From Candidatus Thorarchaeota archaeon (GTDB lineage Archaea; Asgardarchaeota; Thorarchaeia; Thorarchaeales; Thorarchaeaceae), in contig RDNZ01000016.1 in assembly GCA_011364905.1 (NCBI GenBank), positions 10,830 through 57,070 of the forward strand: DNA of 46,241 nucleotides, given 5' to 3'. Shown piece after piece: positions 28,696-38,107 of this stretch. The notes beneath the pieces were generated by a model that saw only the letters and a list, made by a program, of their open reading frames with translations, was not told the DNA's origin and ran no database searches. Made by a program: the position numbers and the translations under genes. Each line of letters starts with the position of its first letter. The stretch's first letter is position 1.

Positions 28696-29811
28696 ATGAG
28701 GTCTAGGGAAATACGGGTTTTTCTCATTCTTTCACTTTTGTTGATCATCTACAATTGCCTTGATCTCAATCAGGTTGAAGCACAACAGGCAACTTGGCAT
28801 GAAATTGAACCCGGTAGTATGATTGAATGCAGTGAAGAGATTGGTAGTGGAGAAACCATCCAGTATTCTGTACTTGTGAATGCCCCTCAGGCATATCAGG
28901 TCAAGGTCCTGATCATGAACGATGCTGCATTTTATGAGTGGTGGTATGAAGAGAATTCAACCGGAGTCGTCTATGAGGAGTGGGCAATAACTGGAGAATT
29001 GTCTACGTATGAGATGCAAGCGCCCTATAGTGACGAGTGGTACGTTGTATTCTATAACACAAATCAGTATGATTCAGCAAATATAGATGCGGAGGTCCAC
29101 ATTGGTTCTTGGACCATATATATTCCATACGAAGGTACCGGTGGGCGTTCATCGTTGTCAGGAATCCTCTTCATAGGGGGACTTGTTCTCGTCATAGCTG
29201 TAGCGATATTTCTGCTTTATAGGCGGCGAAGATCGATAGTTGAAGCGAGAGAGAAGAATCTTCTAGAACAGGGAATACAACAGCTAAGTGTTGGAGGTTT
29301 TGATGATGCAGAAGTGACTTTCAGGACTATTGTTGAACAAAACCCTAAGTCTGCGATTGGGTGGCGTTATCTTGGTGATGTCCTTGTGTTAAAAGATAAT
29401 ATACCCAATGCTAGAATATGTCATCAGACAGCAGTTAGGTTCAATCCAAAGTACGGGTATAGTTCAACAATTAAATCAAAAACAAAGGTTTCAGGTGAAC
29501 CTTGGACTGAGTCAACAGTCACTTTGGATTTGACCATGAAAGTGCAATCACTAACAAAACCTCTGCCATTTGGAATTATGGATTCTGATGCGAAATTGTT
29601 CGAACAGACGCTAGAACAGCAACAAGAGAAATTAAAGGAGAGTCCTGATGATTCTGAACTAATGAAGAAGGTGGCTGAAACTCTATACATGATTGGAAGA
29701 AATAGAGAGTCAGCAGAAATGTATGGTAAACTACTAGCTAAAACTCCTGATGACTGGAAAGTTCACGATTCACTTCTAATGTCTTTGGGCGGTGCAAAGT
29801 ATCAAAAATAA
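28696..29811 (+). CDS. Single-pass membrane protein: signal peptide, extracellular beta domain, TM, cytoplasmic TPR repeats
   Basis: Hydrophobic N-terminus ending VEA|QQ; WYVVFYN beta-rich domain; TM followed by RRRR; TPR motifs (QNPKSAIGWRYLGDVL...AVRFNP). Confidence 0.75.
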   Translation: MRSREIRVFLILSLLLIIYNCLDLNQVEAQQATWHEIEPGSMIECSEEIGSGETIQYSVLVNAPQAYQVKVLIMNDAAFYEWWYEENSTGVVYEEWAITGELSTYEMQAPYSDEWYVVFYNTNQYDSANIDAEVHIGSWTIYIPYEGTGGRSSLSGILFIGGLVLVIAVAIFLLYRRRRSIVEAREKNLLEQGIQQLSVGGFDDAEVTFRTIVEQNPKSAIGWRYLGDVLVLKDNIPNARICHQTAVRFNPKYGYSSTIKSKTKVSGEPWTESTVTLDLTMKVQSLTKPLPFGIMDSDAKLFEQTLEQQQEKLKESPDDSELMKKVAETLYMIGRNRESAEMYGKLLAKTPDDWKVHDSLLMSLGGAKYQK

Positions 29812-29815
29812 AACC

Positions 29816-29866
29816 GGAAACTCAAGCAGAAGTGGTGAGCCCGGCGTGGATTCTCTGAAGTTAGAG
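29816..29866 (-). repeat. tRNA-Ile 3'-end-derived repeat R1 (att-like junction)
   Basis: TGGTGAGCCCGGCGTG (29833-29848), 15/16 identical to the tRNA-Ile end; flanks GAAAnTCnAGCAGAAG and TCTGAAG..AGAG shared with R3. Confidence 0.8.
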
Positions 29867-29926
29867 CGCAGTGATTCTGTCCTGAGCTAATGTCCTAGGA
29901 ATGCAAATGAGGGATTACATGAAAGG

Positions 29927-30367
29927 TCATACTCCATAAAACTCACGAGCGTCTTTAGTGATCAATGCTGCAAGTTCAACTACGGCAAACAGATCAATGA
30001 TGACATACAAGAAGGAAATGTGGATTGATACGAAAATAGAGAAGAAAAACGGGACTACGAAGAGAATAACTATGCTCGATATTATACCGTAACGCCAGCC
30101 GTTCAGATTCTTCTCCCATACCAAATTCATCATGAATAGGTCAATTACGCCTATTAGAAAGTAAATCAAAGGCGGAGGTAGAAAAATGATATTGGTTCCG
30201 GGAATTATACCAACGGGTATTATTCTAATTGAGCCGTATCTGAAATAAAGAACCAAGTCGAGAATAATGAGAAGAATGCCTCTATCTGCTTGGAGCAATG
30301 TGCTTACTACAACACTATCTGGTTTCCTTCTAGGAACTTTGGATTTTGTTTCAGAGATGTCCCTCAA
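29927..30367 (-). CDS. Four-TM membrane protein, paralog of 27404-27832
   Basis: Alignable along its whole length with 27404-27832; TTG start after GGAAG. Confidence 0.75.
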   Translation of the reverse strand: MRDISETKSKVPRRKPDSVVVSTLLQADRGILLIILDLVLYFRYGSIRIIPVGIIPGTNIIFLPPPLIYFLIGVIDLFMMNLVWEKNLNGWRYGIISSIVILFVVPFFFSIFVSIHISFLYVIIDLFAVVELAALITKDAREFYGV

Positions 30368-30474
30368 CTTCCTTTCTCTGATTTTGAAAAATCCATGACT
30401 CAGTTTATTTGTTTTACGAATAGAACTATGGAATAATAGACTAGAACACTATAGGCAAGTAGGATAAGAGAAAA

Positions 30475-30552
30475 TGGTGGGCCCGGCGTGATTTGAACAC
30501 GCGATATCCGCCTTATCAGAGCGGCGCAATAACCAGGCTATGCCACGGGCCC
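30475..30552 (-). tRNA. tRNA-Ile(GAT), CCA encoded
   Basis: GGGCCCG/CGGGCCC acceptor; CCGCT-CT GAT AA-GGCGG; GCGTG-TTCAAAT-CACGC. Confidence 0.96.
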
Positions 30553-30675
30553 ATGAGTGAGTTTTGCTGGCGCGGTCTGGATAAAAACGTTATGACTGTG
30601 TGCGAGTCGATACGTTCCATAATGAGGTAAGAGTTGTCAAGAAATTTATAGAGTCTATGTTATCAGAAAAAAGGC

Positions 30676-30768
30676 ATGAAAAAGCTAATCGTTGTGGGAC
30701 TTCTAATTATCCTCGTTATTGCTATTGGAGTTCTATTCATTCTAGGACTGATCCAACCACCCACATAA
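30676..30768 (+). CDS. 30-aa single-TM micropeptide (MKKLIVVGLLIILVIAIGVLFILGLIQPPT)
   Basis: Manual translation; MKK plus 22 hydrophobic residues; TTTATA box about 30 nt upstream. Confidence 0.5.
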   Translation: MKKLIVVGLLIILVIAIGVLFILGLIQPPT

Positions 30769-30832
30769 CAACATATTTTAACTATAGTTAAATAATTGGT
30801 ATGGGGTCTTTGCCTTGGGCGAAAAAAACGAG

Positions 30833-31240
30833 ATGAAGCGAATAGGCGCTAACGATTTGCTACGGTTCATCCTTGAGCTTTGGGCACTGGTGGCCTTTGG
30901 ATATTGGGGTTTGAATCAGAGCTTTGGACTCATTAATTATGTACTCATGATTCTGCTTCCTGTACTGGTGGCTGTCCTTTGGGGAGTTTTCGCAGTTCCA
31001 AACGATCCGAGTAGATCGGGGGGCGCGCCAGTCCCTGTTCCTGGTACTATCCGTCTACTTCTGGAGTTTCTGATTTTTGGGTCTGCATTTTTAGCGCTAT
31101 ATTGGGGAGGTTTATTCTATCTCAGTCTAGTCTTCATATCACTGGTAATCATTCACTATATTTTGGCGCGCGAACGAATCAGATGGCTCCTCAACACCAA
31201 GAGTCAATCAAGAGCCTCAGGGACAACATCCTCAATGTAA
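30833..31240 (+). CDS. YrdB (DUF2568) family membrane protein
   Basis: NDLLRFILELWAL..YWG, WGVFAVP, RLLLE. Confidence 0.8.
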   Translation: MKRIGANDLLRFILELWALVAFGYWGLNQSFGLINYVLMILLPVLVAVLWGVFAVPNDPSRSGGAPVPVPGTIRLLLEFLIFGSAFLALYWGGLFYLSLVFISLVIIHYILARERIRWLLNTKSQSRASGTTSSM

Positions 31241-32103
31241 TCTAGGGACTCGCCAGCCTCATCCTTGGACAGTTCAAAGATTATAGGACCTTCGAATCTA
31301 TCGTTTGATAATTCAAGGAGAAACTCGCGCAAGACCTCATCGCCCATTAGTCCTCGCCCTAGAGCTATGTGGTCCTCCCGAGCAACTGCACCCTCATACT
31401 CCTTGTAAGTTGCATCTTGAAGATGAATCTCGGTGATTCTGTCTTTGTGAGCGTTATAGAAGTCCATCACAGACTCGTCACCCGACATTTTAGATAACAG
31501 GTGTGCAGTGTCAAAACAGATGCTTGTATCCAAGTCATCGATCAGGTCTCTCAAGACTGTAAAGGGAAATTCAGTGTTCTCTATGGCCAGTCTATGTGGT
31601 TTGATTTCAGTCCTGCTGATAATGTCCTCCACGCTTGCAGCGGCATACCCAGCTAACAGAGTGCTGATAAGATGGACGAGGCCGGCATCATAGTTCAAGC
31701 CTGAAAACTCGGTAGCAAGAGCACCTGTTGTATGAAGAACATAAGCCTCAGGCTCAAGAGGCTTGGCAAGCTCAATGGCCTCAATGGTGCTGGTGACTCC
31801 TCCCAATCGCACATGTTCGTTGAAAGAGGCTAGCTCGACTGACCAGAATGGGAGATGCGCCGTATATGAGTGACCGAGCTCTTCCTTTAGGTCCACTAGG
31901 CGGTCAATGGACTCGGATGTGAGTGAGCCAGGAATGATATGTAGCACATCCATTGTGATCTCTATGACTGAGTAACCATTTGAGACGGCCTCTCGAACAA
32001 TATCTACGACATCTAGACGAGAGAAGTCAGGAGTCCCATCAACGATTACTCGCCCTGCGACCTCTTGAAATTCCAGAGCTGTTAGACCAAACCTAAGAGG
32101 CAT
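31204..32103 (-). CDS. Xylose-isomerase-like TIM barrel / AP-endonuclease 2 family (CbiR-like cobamide-remodelling phosphodiesterase candidate)
   Basis: YTAHLP, YVLH, IEN, CFDTAH, IHLQD, DHIALG, IFE metal ligands. Confidence 0.7.
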   Translation of the reverse strand: MPLRFGLTALEFQEVAGRVIVDGTPDFSRLDVVDIVREAVSNGYSVIEITMDVLHIIPGSLTSESIDRLVDLKEELGHSYTAHLPFWSVELASFNEHVRLGGVTSTIEAIELAKPLEPEAYVLHTTGALATEFSGLNYDAGLVHLISTLLAGYAAASVEDIISRTEIKPHRLAIENTEFPFTVLRDLIDDLDTSICFDTAHLLSKMSGDESVMDFYNAHKDRITEIHLQDATYKEYEGAVAREDHIALGRGLMGDEVLREFLLELSNDRFEGPIIFELSKDEAGESLDYIEDVVPEALD

Positions 32104-32208
32104 TATCAAGCACCACCTTGTGGATATGGTGTAGGACCTCCCGATAAACTGTTTCATGTCATGAAAGACATATACGTTGGTTTTTGATGCATGATAGCAG
32201 TGAAAACT

Positions 32209-32886
32209 ATGACAATCACGATTCGGTACTTAGCACATGCAAGTTTCCAAATCAAGACAGCAGATCAGAACATCTACATCGACCCCTCTACAAAGAACAC
32301 AGGTCTGAAGAAGGATGCTTTTGGTCCTGCGGACTTGATACTGGTCACACATGGTCATGACGATCACTTTGACAAGGACTTGATTAAGAAGATTCGCAAT
32401 TTTGGAAGTCCCATCATTGCGCCTCCCAATCTCAAGAAAGAGATCAAGGGAGGAATTGTATGGGACTTGAGCCCAGGTCAGTTCATGAAGATGATAACAG
32501 GCGATGGAACTATTTGGGCCACAGAGGCATACAATGTAAAAAGAGTAAGATCCAATGGAAAGCCATTCCATCCAAAAGGGTTTGGGATGGGATTACTCGT
32601 TAAACTTGAGGACAAGTACATCTATCATGCAGGTGATACGGACTTCATCCCAGAGATGGAGAAATTGGCTGCACAAAAGGTAGATGTCGCACTGCTCCCC
32701 ATTGGAGATACCTATACCATGGATGCAAATGAGGCTGCTGAGGCAGCTCTACTCATTAAACCAAAGGTTGCCATTCCGATGCATCAGAAGGGGACCGACC
32801 CGAATGTCTTCAAGGAGAAGGTCGAATCTCAGTCAGACATCAAAGTGGTGATTCTTGGAGAAGGAGAAGAGTATACCCTAGAATGA
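32209..32886 (+). CDS. MBL-fold metallo-hydrolase (UPF0173-like)
   Basis: HASF, IDP, THGHDDH, YHAGDT, LPIG..YTM, IPMH. Confidence 0.9.
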   Translation: MTITIRYLAHASFQIKTADQNIYIDPSTKNTGLKKDAFGPADLILVTHGHDDHFDKDLIKKIRNFGSPIIAPPNLKKEIKGGIVWDLSPGQFMKMITGDGTIWATEAYNVKRVRSNGKPFHPKGFGMGLLVKLEDKYIYHAGDTDFIPEMEKLAAQKVDVALLPIGDTYTMDANEAAEAALLIKPKVAIPMHQKGTDPNVFKEKVESQSDIKVVILGEGEEYTLE

Positions 32887-32945
32887 TTATGGAAGGGACA
32901 ACAGGTAGCAGAGCTACCTGTTCATTCCATGTATGTTTCCGAGTT

Positions 32946-33422
32946 CTACATTTTCTGAAGTTCATGTGCTTCTATGACAGGATCTACTTCCAGTACTTCG
33001 ACCTTGAGCATCTTATCGCCTTGACGAATGCTCCTAACTACATCCATCCCCTCAACAGTCTTTCCAAAGACAGTATGCTGGCCATCAAGGTGTTTGGTCT
33101 TCTCTCTTGTCAATACAATGAAGAACTGACTTCCTCCGGTATCTTTTCCAGCATGCGCCATCGAGAAAGAGCCGGGTTCATGATGTTGCCTTGGACCATC
33201 GGTTTCACAGGGAATGCGATATCCAGGACCCCCTGTTCCATCGCCCTTAGGACAGCCTCCCTGTATGACAAAATCTGGAATGACTCTATGAAAGGTCAAG
33301 CCATCGTAATATCCACTCTGTGCAAGGGTGACGAAGTTTTTGACAGTATTAATCGCGTCATCGTTCCATAGTTCGGCTATGATGTCTCCGCGGTTTGTTT
33401 GTATCTTGATTCTAGTTGGCAA
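32946..33422 (-). CDS. Cyclophilin-type peptidyl-prolyl cis-trans isomerase
   Basis: [39 protein letters not shown]. Confidence 0.95.
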   Translation of the reverse strand: MPTRIKIQTNRGDIIAELWNDDAINTVKNFVTLAQSGYYDGLTFHRVIPDFVIQGGCPKGDGTGGPGYRIPCETDGPRQHHEPGSFSMAHAGKDTGGSQFFIVLTREKTKHLDGQHTVFGKTVEGMDVVRSIRQGDKMLKVEVLEVDPVIEAHELQKM

Positions 33423-33542
33423 AATTCAATCGCCTCTATGTTTCGCTTCTCCATACCTTCTTAGCAGTTCCGGATTGTGCGGTAACCAGGGTGGTACGGC
33501 CTATCTGCTTATTAGCGATTCCGCGATTTTTGGGATAAGAAG

Positions 33543-34748
33543 ATGACTATCGAGAAAGAGTACACTGAAGGTAGGACTACGTTCCTGAGCGCAGATATAG
33601 AGCACTATAGTGGTGGAAAGAAACAACCAACAGCAAGCTTACCAGTGTTCTATAATCCAAGGATGCAGCTCAACCGAGACCTCTCAGTCCTCTTTCTTGT
33701 GGCATACATGAAGAGATATTCAATGGATCTGATGTGTGAACCCTTGACAGGCTCGGGTGTCAGAACTCTGAGATATCTCAATGAGTGCCCAGGCGATTTT
33801 CGGGCGATACTGTGCGATGCAAACCCATTGGCTGTAGAAACAGCAAAACGGAATATTGCATCCCTTGGGTTCAGTAATCGAGCAGAAGTAGTACATGGCG
33901 ATGCAAAGGTGCTATTGACAACAGAGTCACAGGAGAAGCGCTTTGATTTTGTTGATGTAGACCCATTTGGTACACCGGCTCCGTATCTCAACGCAGCCAT
34001 TCAATCAATGAATCCAAGAGGAGGACTTCTTGCTGTGACTGCTACAGATATGCCAGTTCTATGCGGCATTCATCCCAAAATCTCACTCCGAAGATACGGG
34101 GGTCTTTCTGCTCGAACGCCGTTCACCCATGAGATTGCAGTTCGGCTTCTCAATGGATTCATCTATAATGTCGCGGGGTCCAATGATTGCTCGATGCAGC
34201 CTCTAGCAGTTCTGAGTACAGACCACTATGTCAGAACATGGGTAAGGATTGAAGCAAGCCCCGAAAAGGCCAATCTTCAGGCTAGTGAGATGGGTATTAT
34301 TCTGTATTGTCCAGGATGTATGCATTCAGAGGTGAAACCACTCACATCTACAGTTCGAGATGTTGATTTTGCACATGAGATTGCTGGCTGCAGTGGACTT
34401 GTACGCATTGCGGGCCCTCTATGGATTGGTGACTTGTATGATACTAAGTATCTCAGCGATGCTTTTGACTTGCTTTCGGGAGAGAACCCTCAAATCTATC
34501 ACCGAAGAGTGCCAAATGTGCTTGAGAGAATGATGGGAGAATCAAGTCTAACAGACAGACCATATATCGACATTCATGCCTTGTGTGACCTCCATAACCT
34601 GACCCCTCCCAAGAACCGGTTCATAATCGAGAGACTAAAGGACCAAGGTTTCAAAGTTGCAAAGACACATTTCAAACCAACCGCAATTCGGACAACGGCT
34701 TCAGGATATGAAATAACGAAGATCATAGAAGACTACCAAATGAGGTGA
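33543..34748 (+). CDS. trm1: tRNA (guanine-26-N2)-dimethyltransferase
   Basis: VFYNPRMQLNRDLS, SGVRTLRY, DVDPFGTP, VTATD, GPLWIG. Confidence 0.93.
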   Translation: MTIEKEYTEGRTTFLSADIEHYSGGKKQPTASLPVFYNPRMQLNRDLSVLFLVAYMKRYSMDLMCEPLTGSGVRTLRYLNECPGDFRAILCDANPLAVETAKRNIASLGFSNRAEVVHGDAKVLLTTESQEKRFDFVDVDPFGTPAPYLNAAIQSMNPRGGLLAVTATDMPVLCGIHPKISLRRYGGLSARTPFTHEIAVRLLNGFIYNVAGSNDCSMQPLAVLSTDHYVRTWVRIEASPEKANLQASEMGIILYCPGCMHSEVKPLTSTVRDVDFAHEIAGCSGLVRIAGPLWIGDLYDTKYLSDAFDLLSGENPQIYHRRVPNVLERMMGESSLTDRPYIDIHALCDLHNLTPPKNRFIIERLKDQGFKVAKTHFKPTAIRTTASGYEITKIIEDYQMR

Positions 34749-34754
34749 TAATGT

Positions 34755-35381
34755 ATGGGACGACCGAGAGGAGGGCAGAAGGAACGAAAAAAGGAGCATT
34801 ACTATCAGGAAGCCAAGAGGCATGGATACCGAAGTAGGTCCGCATACAAACTGAAACAAATTGCCAAGAGCCACAAGCTCCTTCACGGTGTAGATCGGGT
34901 TGTTGAACTATGTTGCAGTCCAGGAGGGTGGACACAGGTTCTGAAAGAGCTTGATAGTAGTCTTCAGATAGTGGCAGTGGACCTGAATTCGATGTCACCA
35001 GTGGAAGGTGTGAAGTTTATCCAGGGCGATATTCTTGATGAGGAAATCATTGCAAGATTAGAAGCACTCACTGGTGGCACTGTCGACCTCGTTATTTCGG
35101 ACTGCTCGCCAAAAGTGACTGGACAGTGGAACCTAGATGTGGTCAGACAACTGGCTCTTGTGGAGGGAACTATTAACATTGCTCACCGATTACTTGGAGA
35201 GAGAGGAAAGGTCCTCGCTAAGGTGTTTCAGGGCCCGGGGTTTCAGGAGTTTCTCCAATCAGTCAAAAAGAGATTCAACTCTGTAAGACTAATCAAGCCT
35301 GCTGCATCACGAAAAACCAGTGCAGAGATGTACCTTCTTGCCATTGGACCGCGCAACAGTGGGTCAGAGAGCGAAGATTAG
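34755..35381 (+). CDS. rlmE: 23S rRNA Um2552 2'-O-methyltransferase (FtsJ/RrmJ)
   Basis: GYRSRSAYKL, SPGGWTQ, ISDCSP, KVFQG, KPAASRKTSAEMY. Confidence 0.93.
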   Translation: MGRPRGGQKERKKEHYYQEAKRHGYRSRSAYKLKQIAKSHKLLHGVDRVVELCCSPGGWTQVLKELDSSLQIVAVDLNSMSPVEGVKFIQGDILDEEIIARLEALTGGTVDLVISDCSPKVTGQWNLDVVRQLALVEGTINIAHRLLGERGKVLAKVFQGPGFQEFLQSVKKRFNSVRLIKPAASRKTSAEMYLLAIGPRNSGSESED

Positions 35382-35737
35382 CTGACTGCCCTACCGAGAC
35401 CAGCGCCTAACCATTCCTCAAGCTCACTACATGTGACTGGAGAGTCGGGCTGTCTGATTCCGCATCTGCCGATCTTCAGGCAATGGAAACACGGGCAACC
35501 GTTCATATCGGATAGAGCACCGGGTTCTGCATCGTCTGTAACTGGAGTTTTAATCATGTATCTTTCTTCTTCGAGTTCTTGTTTTTGCATTATCAGTCCC
35601 TCAGACATCAATGTGTTGATTGTTTTTGCTATCTCTTGAGAGTCGATACCCAGCCTATCCACGAGTTCCCCGATGAGTAGACCATTCTCACCTGCGTCAC
35701 GCAGAGCCTTAAGGATCTGGTCAGCATCATCGTTCAT
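35378..35737 (-). CDS. TFE-beta / RPC34-like protein (wHTH plus C-terminal Fe-S cluster)
   Basis: wHTH followed by PCFHC..IGRC...SPVTCSELEEWL Cys cluster; context next to gar1 and trm1. Confidence 0.85.
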   Translation of the reverse strand: MNDDADQILKALRDAGENGLLIGELVDRLGIDSQEIAKTINTLMSEGLIMQKQELEEERYMIKTPVTDDAEPGALSDMNGCPCFHCLKIGRCGIRQPDSPVTCSELEEWLGAGLGRAVS

Positions 35738-35867
35738 TGAAATGACCTTGAATAGACACGTGGCAACATCAACCGAAGTGCACGAGATGATATTTAAATT
35801 TCGGAAGCTGCTATCCATATTCGGCAAATGTCGTATTCAATAGGACGTTGATGTATAAAAGTGTACA

Positions 35868-36104
35868 TCATGTTTTCTTTAAATAAAGCATTTGACCGAC
35901 TAGTTCAGACACATTGAGGCCTCGTTTTGGGCGTACAGCCACATAAGGTTCCTTCACAGGTCCAAAGACATCTATGATTTTTCCTACCTCTTGTGCTTTT
36001 TTGTCCAGAACAATCGACCTTGATCCAGCAGGCGGCGTTTTTTCTGTGCGTAGAATAATCGAGCCGCGTTTTGAAATATGAAGAACTTTCCCAAGACGTC
36101 TCAA
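35868..36104 (-). CDS. gar1: H/ACA RNP protein Gar1/Naf1
   Basis: RRLGKVLH, VGKIIDVFGPVKEPYVAV. Confidence 0.92.
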   Translation of the reverse strand: MRRLGKVLHISKRGSIILRTEKTPPAGSRSIVLDKKAQEVGKIIDVFGPVKEPYVAVRPKRGLNVSELVGQMLYLKKT

Positions 36105-36125
36105 CGAGTAACACCCACTTGATGA

Positions 36126-36485
36126 TCATTTTCTTCGTTTTTTCTTACTCTTGCTCTTCTTCTTCTTTGCAGCTAATCGAGCTGATTCGCGTTGAGCAAC
36201 AGCTCTTCGAACACCCTTCGCAAGCATAAGAAGCACTCGTTTCTTCTTGTGTCTTTCTGGATTGGAAACAAGCAAGTAGCCCCTGTGTTCGGAAAACCCG
36301 CGAGAATATTCCTTGTCAGGTTCACTTTCATACTCAAAACCGGACGATTCTGCGGCCATCTCAAGAATCTTTAATGTCACATTCGATGCAGCCAAATTGC
36401 TTGGTATACGACGACCCTGCATTCTTGTAAGGTCTTTTTCAAAATATGCAGGCCAAACAATTAACATTCCATCATGTTTCTTCAT
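36126..36485 (-). CDS. srp19: Signal recognition particle protein SRP19
   Basis: [28 protein letters not shown]; ATG 36485. Confidence 0.9.
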   Translation of the reverse strand: MKKHDGMLIVWPAYFEKDLTRMQGRRIPSNLAASNVTLKILEMAAESSGFEYESEPDKEYSRGFSEHRGYLLVSNPERHKKKRVLLMLAKGVRRAVAQRESARLAAKKKKSKSKKKRRK

Positions 36486-36643
36486 TATGTGCTGCTTCCA
36501 AGTTCTGTACATCAACTTCAATTTGGATGTTCTTTTTATCTTTCGCATTAGAGGAAAACATACAGGATAGTCAGGTACCGAAGGATGAACTTGATAAGTC
36601 AGTAAACCTGCCACTTCATAACGGAACAGAGGATGACTACAAT

Positions 36644-37117
36644 TTGACCAGAAAGAGCAAAGATGTATACTTTGCAGAGATAGCAGACCTAGTATCATCA
36701 CGCAGTACATGTATGAGGAACCAGGTGGGAGCCGTCATTGTCAAGGATTCACAGATTCTGAGCACAGGCTACAATGGTGCTCCGAAGAAACTTTCGCATT
36801 GTAAAGATGTAGGATGTCTTCGCGAGGAGAGAGGGATAAAGCCAGGAGAACGTCATGAACTTTGTAGAGGATTACATGCCGAACAGAATGCCATAATTCA
36901 GGCAGCTTTTCATGGGGTCAGTGTGGACGGAGCTAAGATCTACTGCACAACACGACCTTGCAGTATCTGCACTAAAATGCTCATCAATGCAGGCATTCAT
37001 GAGATTATCTACATTGAGGAGTACGAGGATGCACTAGCTGCACAACTTATGAAAGAGGCCGATTTGAATCTCCGGCGTGTTGAGATAGATAGGAAGTATG
37101 GTAGGAACGCCAAGTAA
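36644..37117 (+). CDS. dCMP deaminase (ComEB-like)
   Basis: RSTC, VGAVIV, GYNG, HAEQNA, PCSIC; likely TTG start at 36644. Confidence 0.9.
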   Translation: MTRKSKDVYFAEIADLVSSRSTCMRNQVGAVIVKDSQILSTGYNGAPKKLSHCKDVGCLREERGIKPGERHELCRGLHAEQNAIIQAAFHGVSVDGAKIYCTTRPCSICTKMLINAGIHEIIYIEEYEDALAAQLMKEADLNLRRVEIDRKYGRNAK

Positions 37118-37192
37118 TCCACCGAGTGAAACCTTGTCTGGAAAGGTTAAAGAACAACATCGTTTCGTTCCAGCTTGAGTGGGTGTTCTTAG

Positions 37193-38107
37193 ATGGGAAA
37201 ACTTCAGAACTTAATTAGCATCCATGACCTTGATAGAAAAACCATAGACCATATCCTCGATGAGGCATCAAAGATGGAGGATGTGGCAGTTAATAGAAGC
37301 AAGGATTTGGACTCAAAGATCATGGCGGTCTTGTTTTTTGAACCTTCTACCCGTACACGACTCTCGTTTGAGAGTGCGATGCTTAGGCTTGGTGGGGGTG
37401 TTCTTGGATTCGCTGAAGCTGGAGTGTCTAGTGCAGGGGGAAAAGGTGAAACACTTGCCGACACCATACGGACTGTCGAAAGATATGCGGACATCATCGT
37501 GATTCGTCACCCGTTGGACGGGTCTGCAAGAGTGGCTGCTGAGTTCTCAAGCATCCCTGTAATCAATGCTGGGAGCGGATCTGAAGAACATCCGACTCAA
37601 GCGCTACTTGATCTGTACTCTATTAAAAAAATGAAAGGGAAGATAGACGGTCTCTCAATCTCGCTCTGTGGAGACCTCAAGTATGGACGTACTGTCCATT
37701 CTTTGGGAATGGGACTTAGCCATTATGATGTAAAGATCAAACTGGCAGCACCTCAAATGCTCCGGATGAAACCAGCCATCATTGAGCAAATGAAGAAGTC
37801 GGGAGCCGATGTCGTAGAAGTGGAAACTGTAGAAGAGGCTGTGAAGGATGTCGATGTCATCTATACCACCCGGATTCAGAAAGAACGATTCCCTGATATT
37901 CGTGAGTATGACAAGGTGAAGGACAGATTTCGAATCACTGTTAGTGACTTGGCACTGATGCGAAAAGATGCGATTATTCTTCATCCACTTCCTAGAGTGG
38001 ATGAACTTGACCCTGAAATCGATAAGACGCCCCATGCAAAATACTTTGATCAGGTTTACAATGGAGTTGTCCTACGGATGGCTGTATTGAAATTAATCCT
38101 CGGTTAG
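37193..38107 (+). CDS. pyrB: Aspartate carbamoyltransferase catalytic subunit
   Basis: FFEPSTRTRLSFE, HPTQALLD, GDLKYGRTVHSL, RIQKER, HPLPR. Confidence 0.97.
   Translation: MGKLQNLISIHDLDRKTIDHILDEASKMEDVAVNRSKDLDSKIMAVLFFEPSTRTRLSFESAMLRLGGGVLGFAEAGVSSAGGKGETLADTIRTVERYADIIVIRHPLDGSARVAAEFSSIPVINAGSGSEEHPTQALLDLYSIKKMKGKIDGLSISLCGDLKYGRTVHSLGMGLSHYDVKIKLAAPQMLRMKPAIIEQMKKSGADVVEVETVEEAVKDVDVIYTTRIQKERFPDIREYDKVKDRFRITVSDLALMRKDAIILHPLPRVDELDPEIDKTPHAKYFDQVYNGVVLRMAVLKLILG

Noticed and set aside
27895-29866. CRISPR array interpretation of repeats R1-R3
   Set aside because: The spacers are gene-sized and irregular, the repeats match a tRNA end, and there are no cas genes
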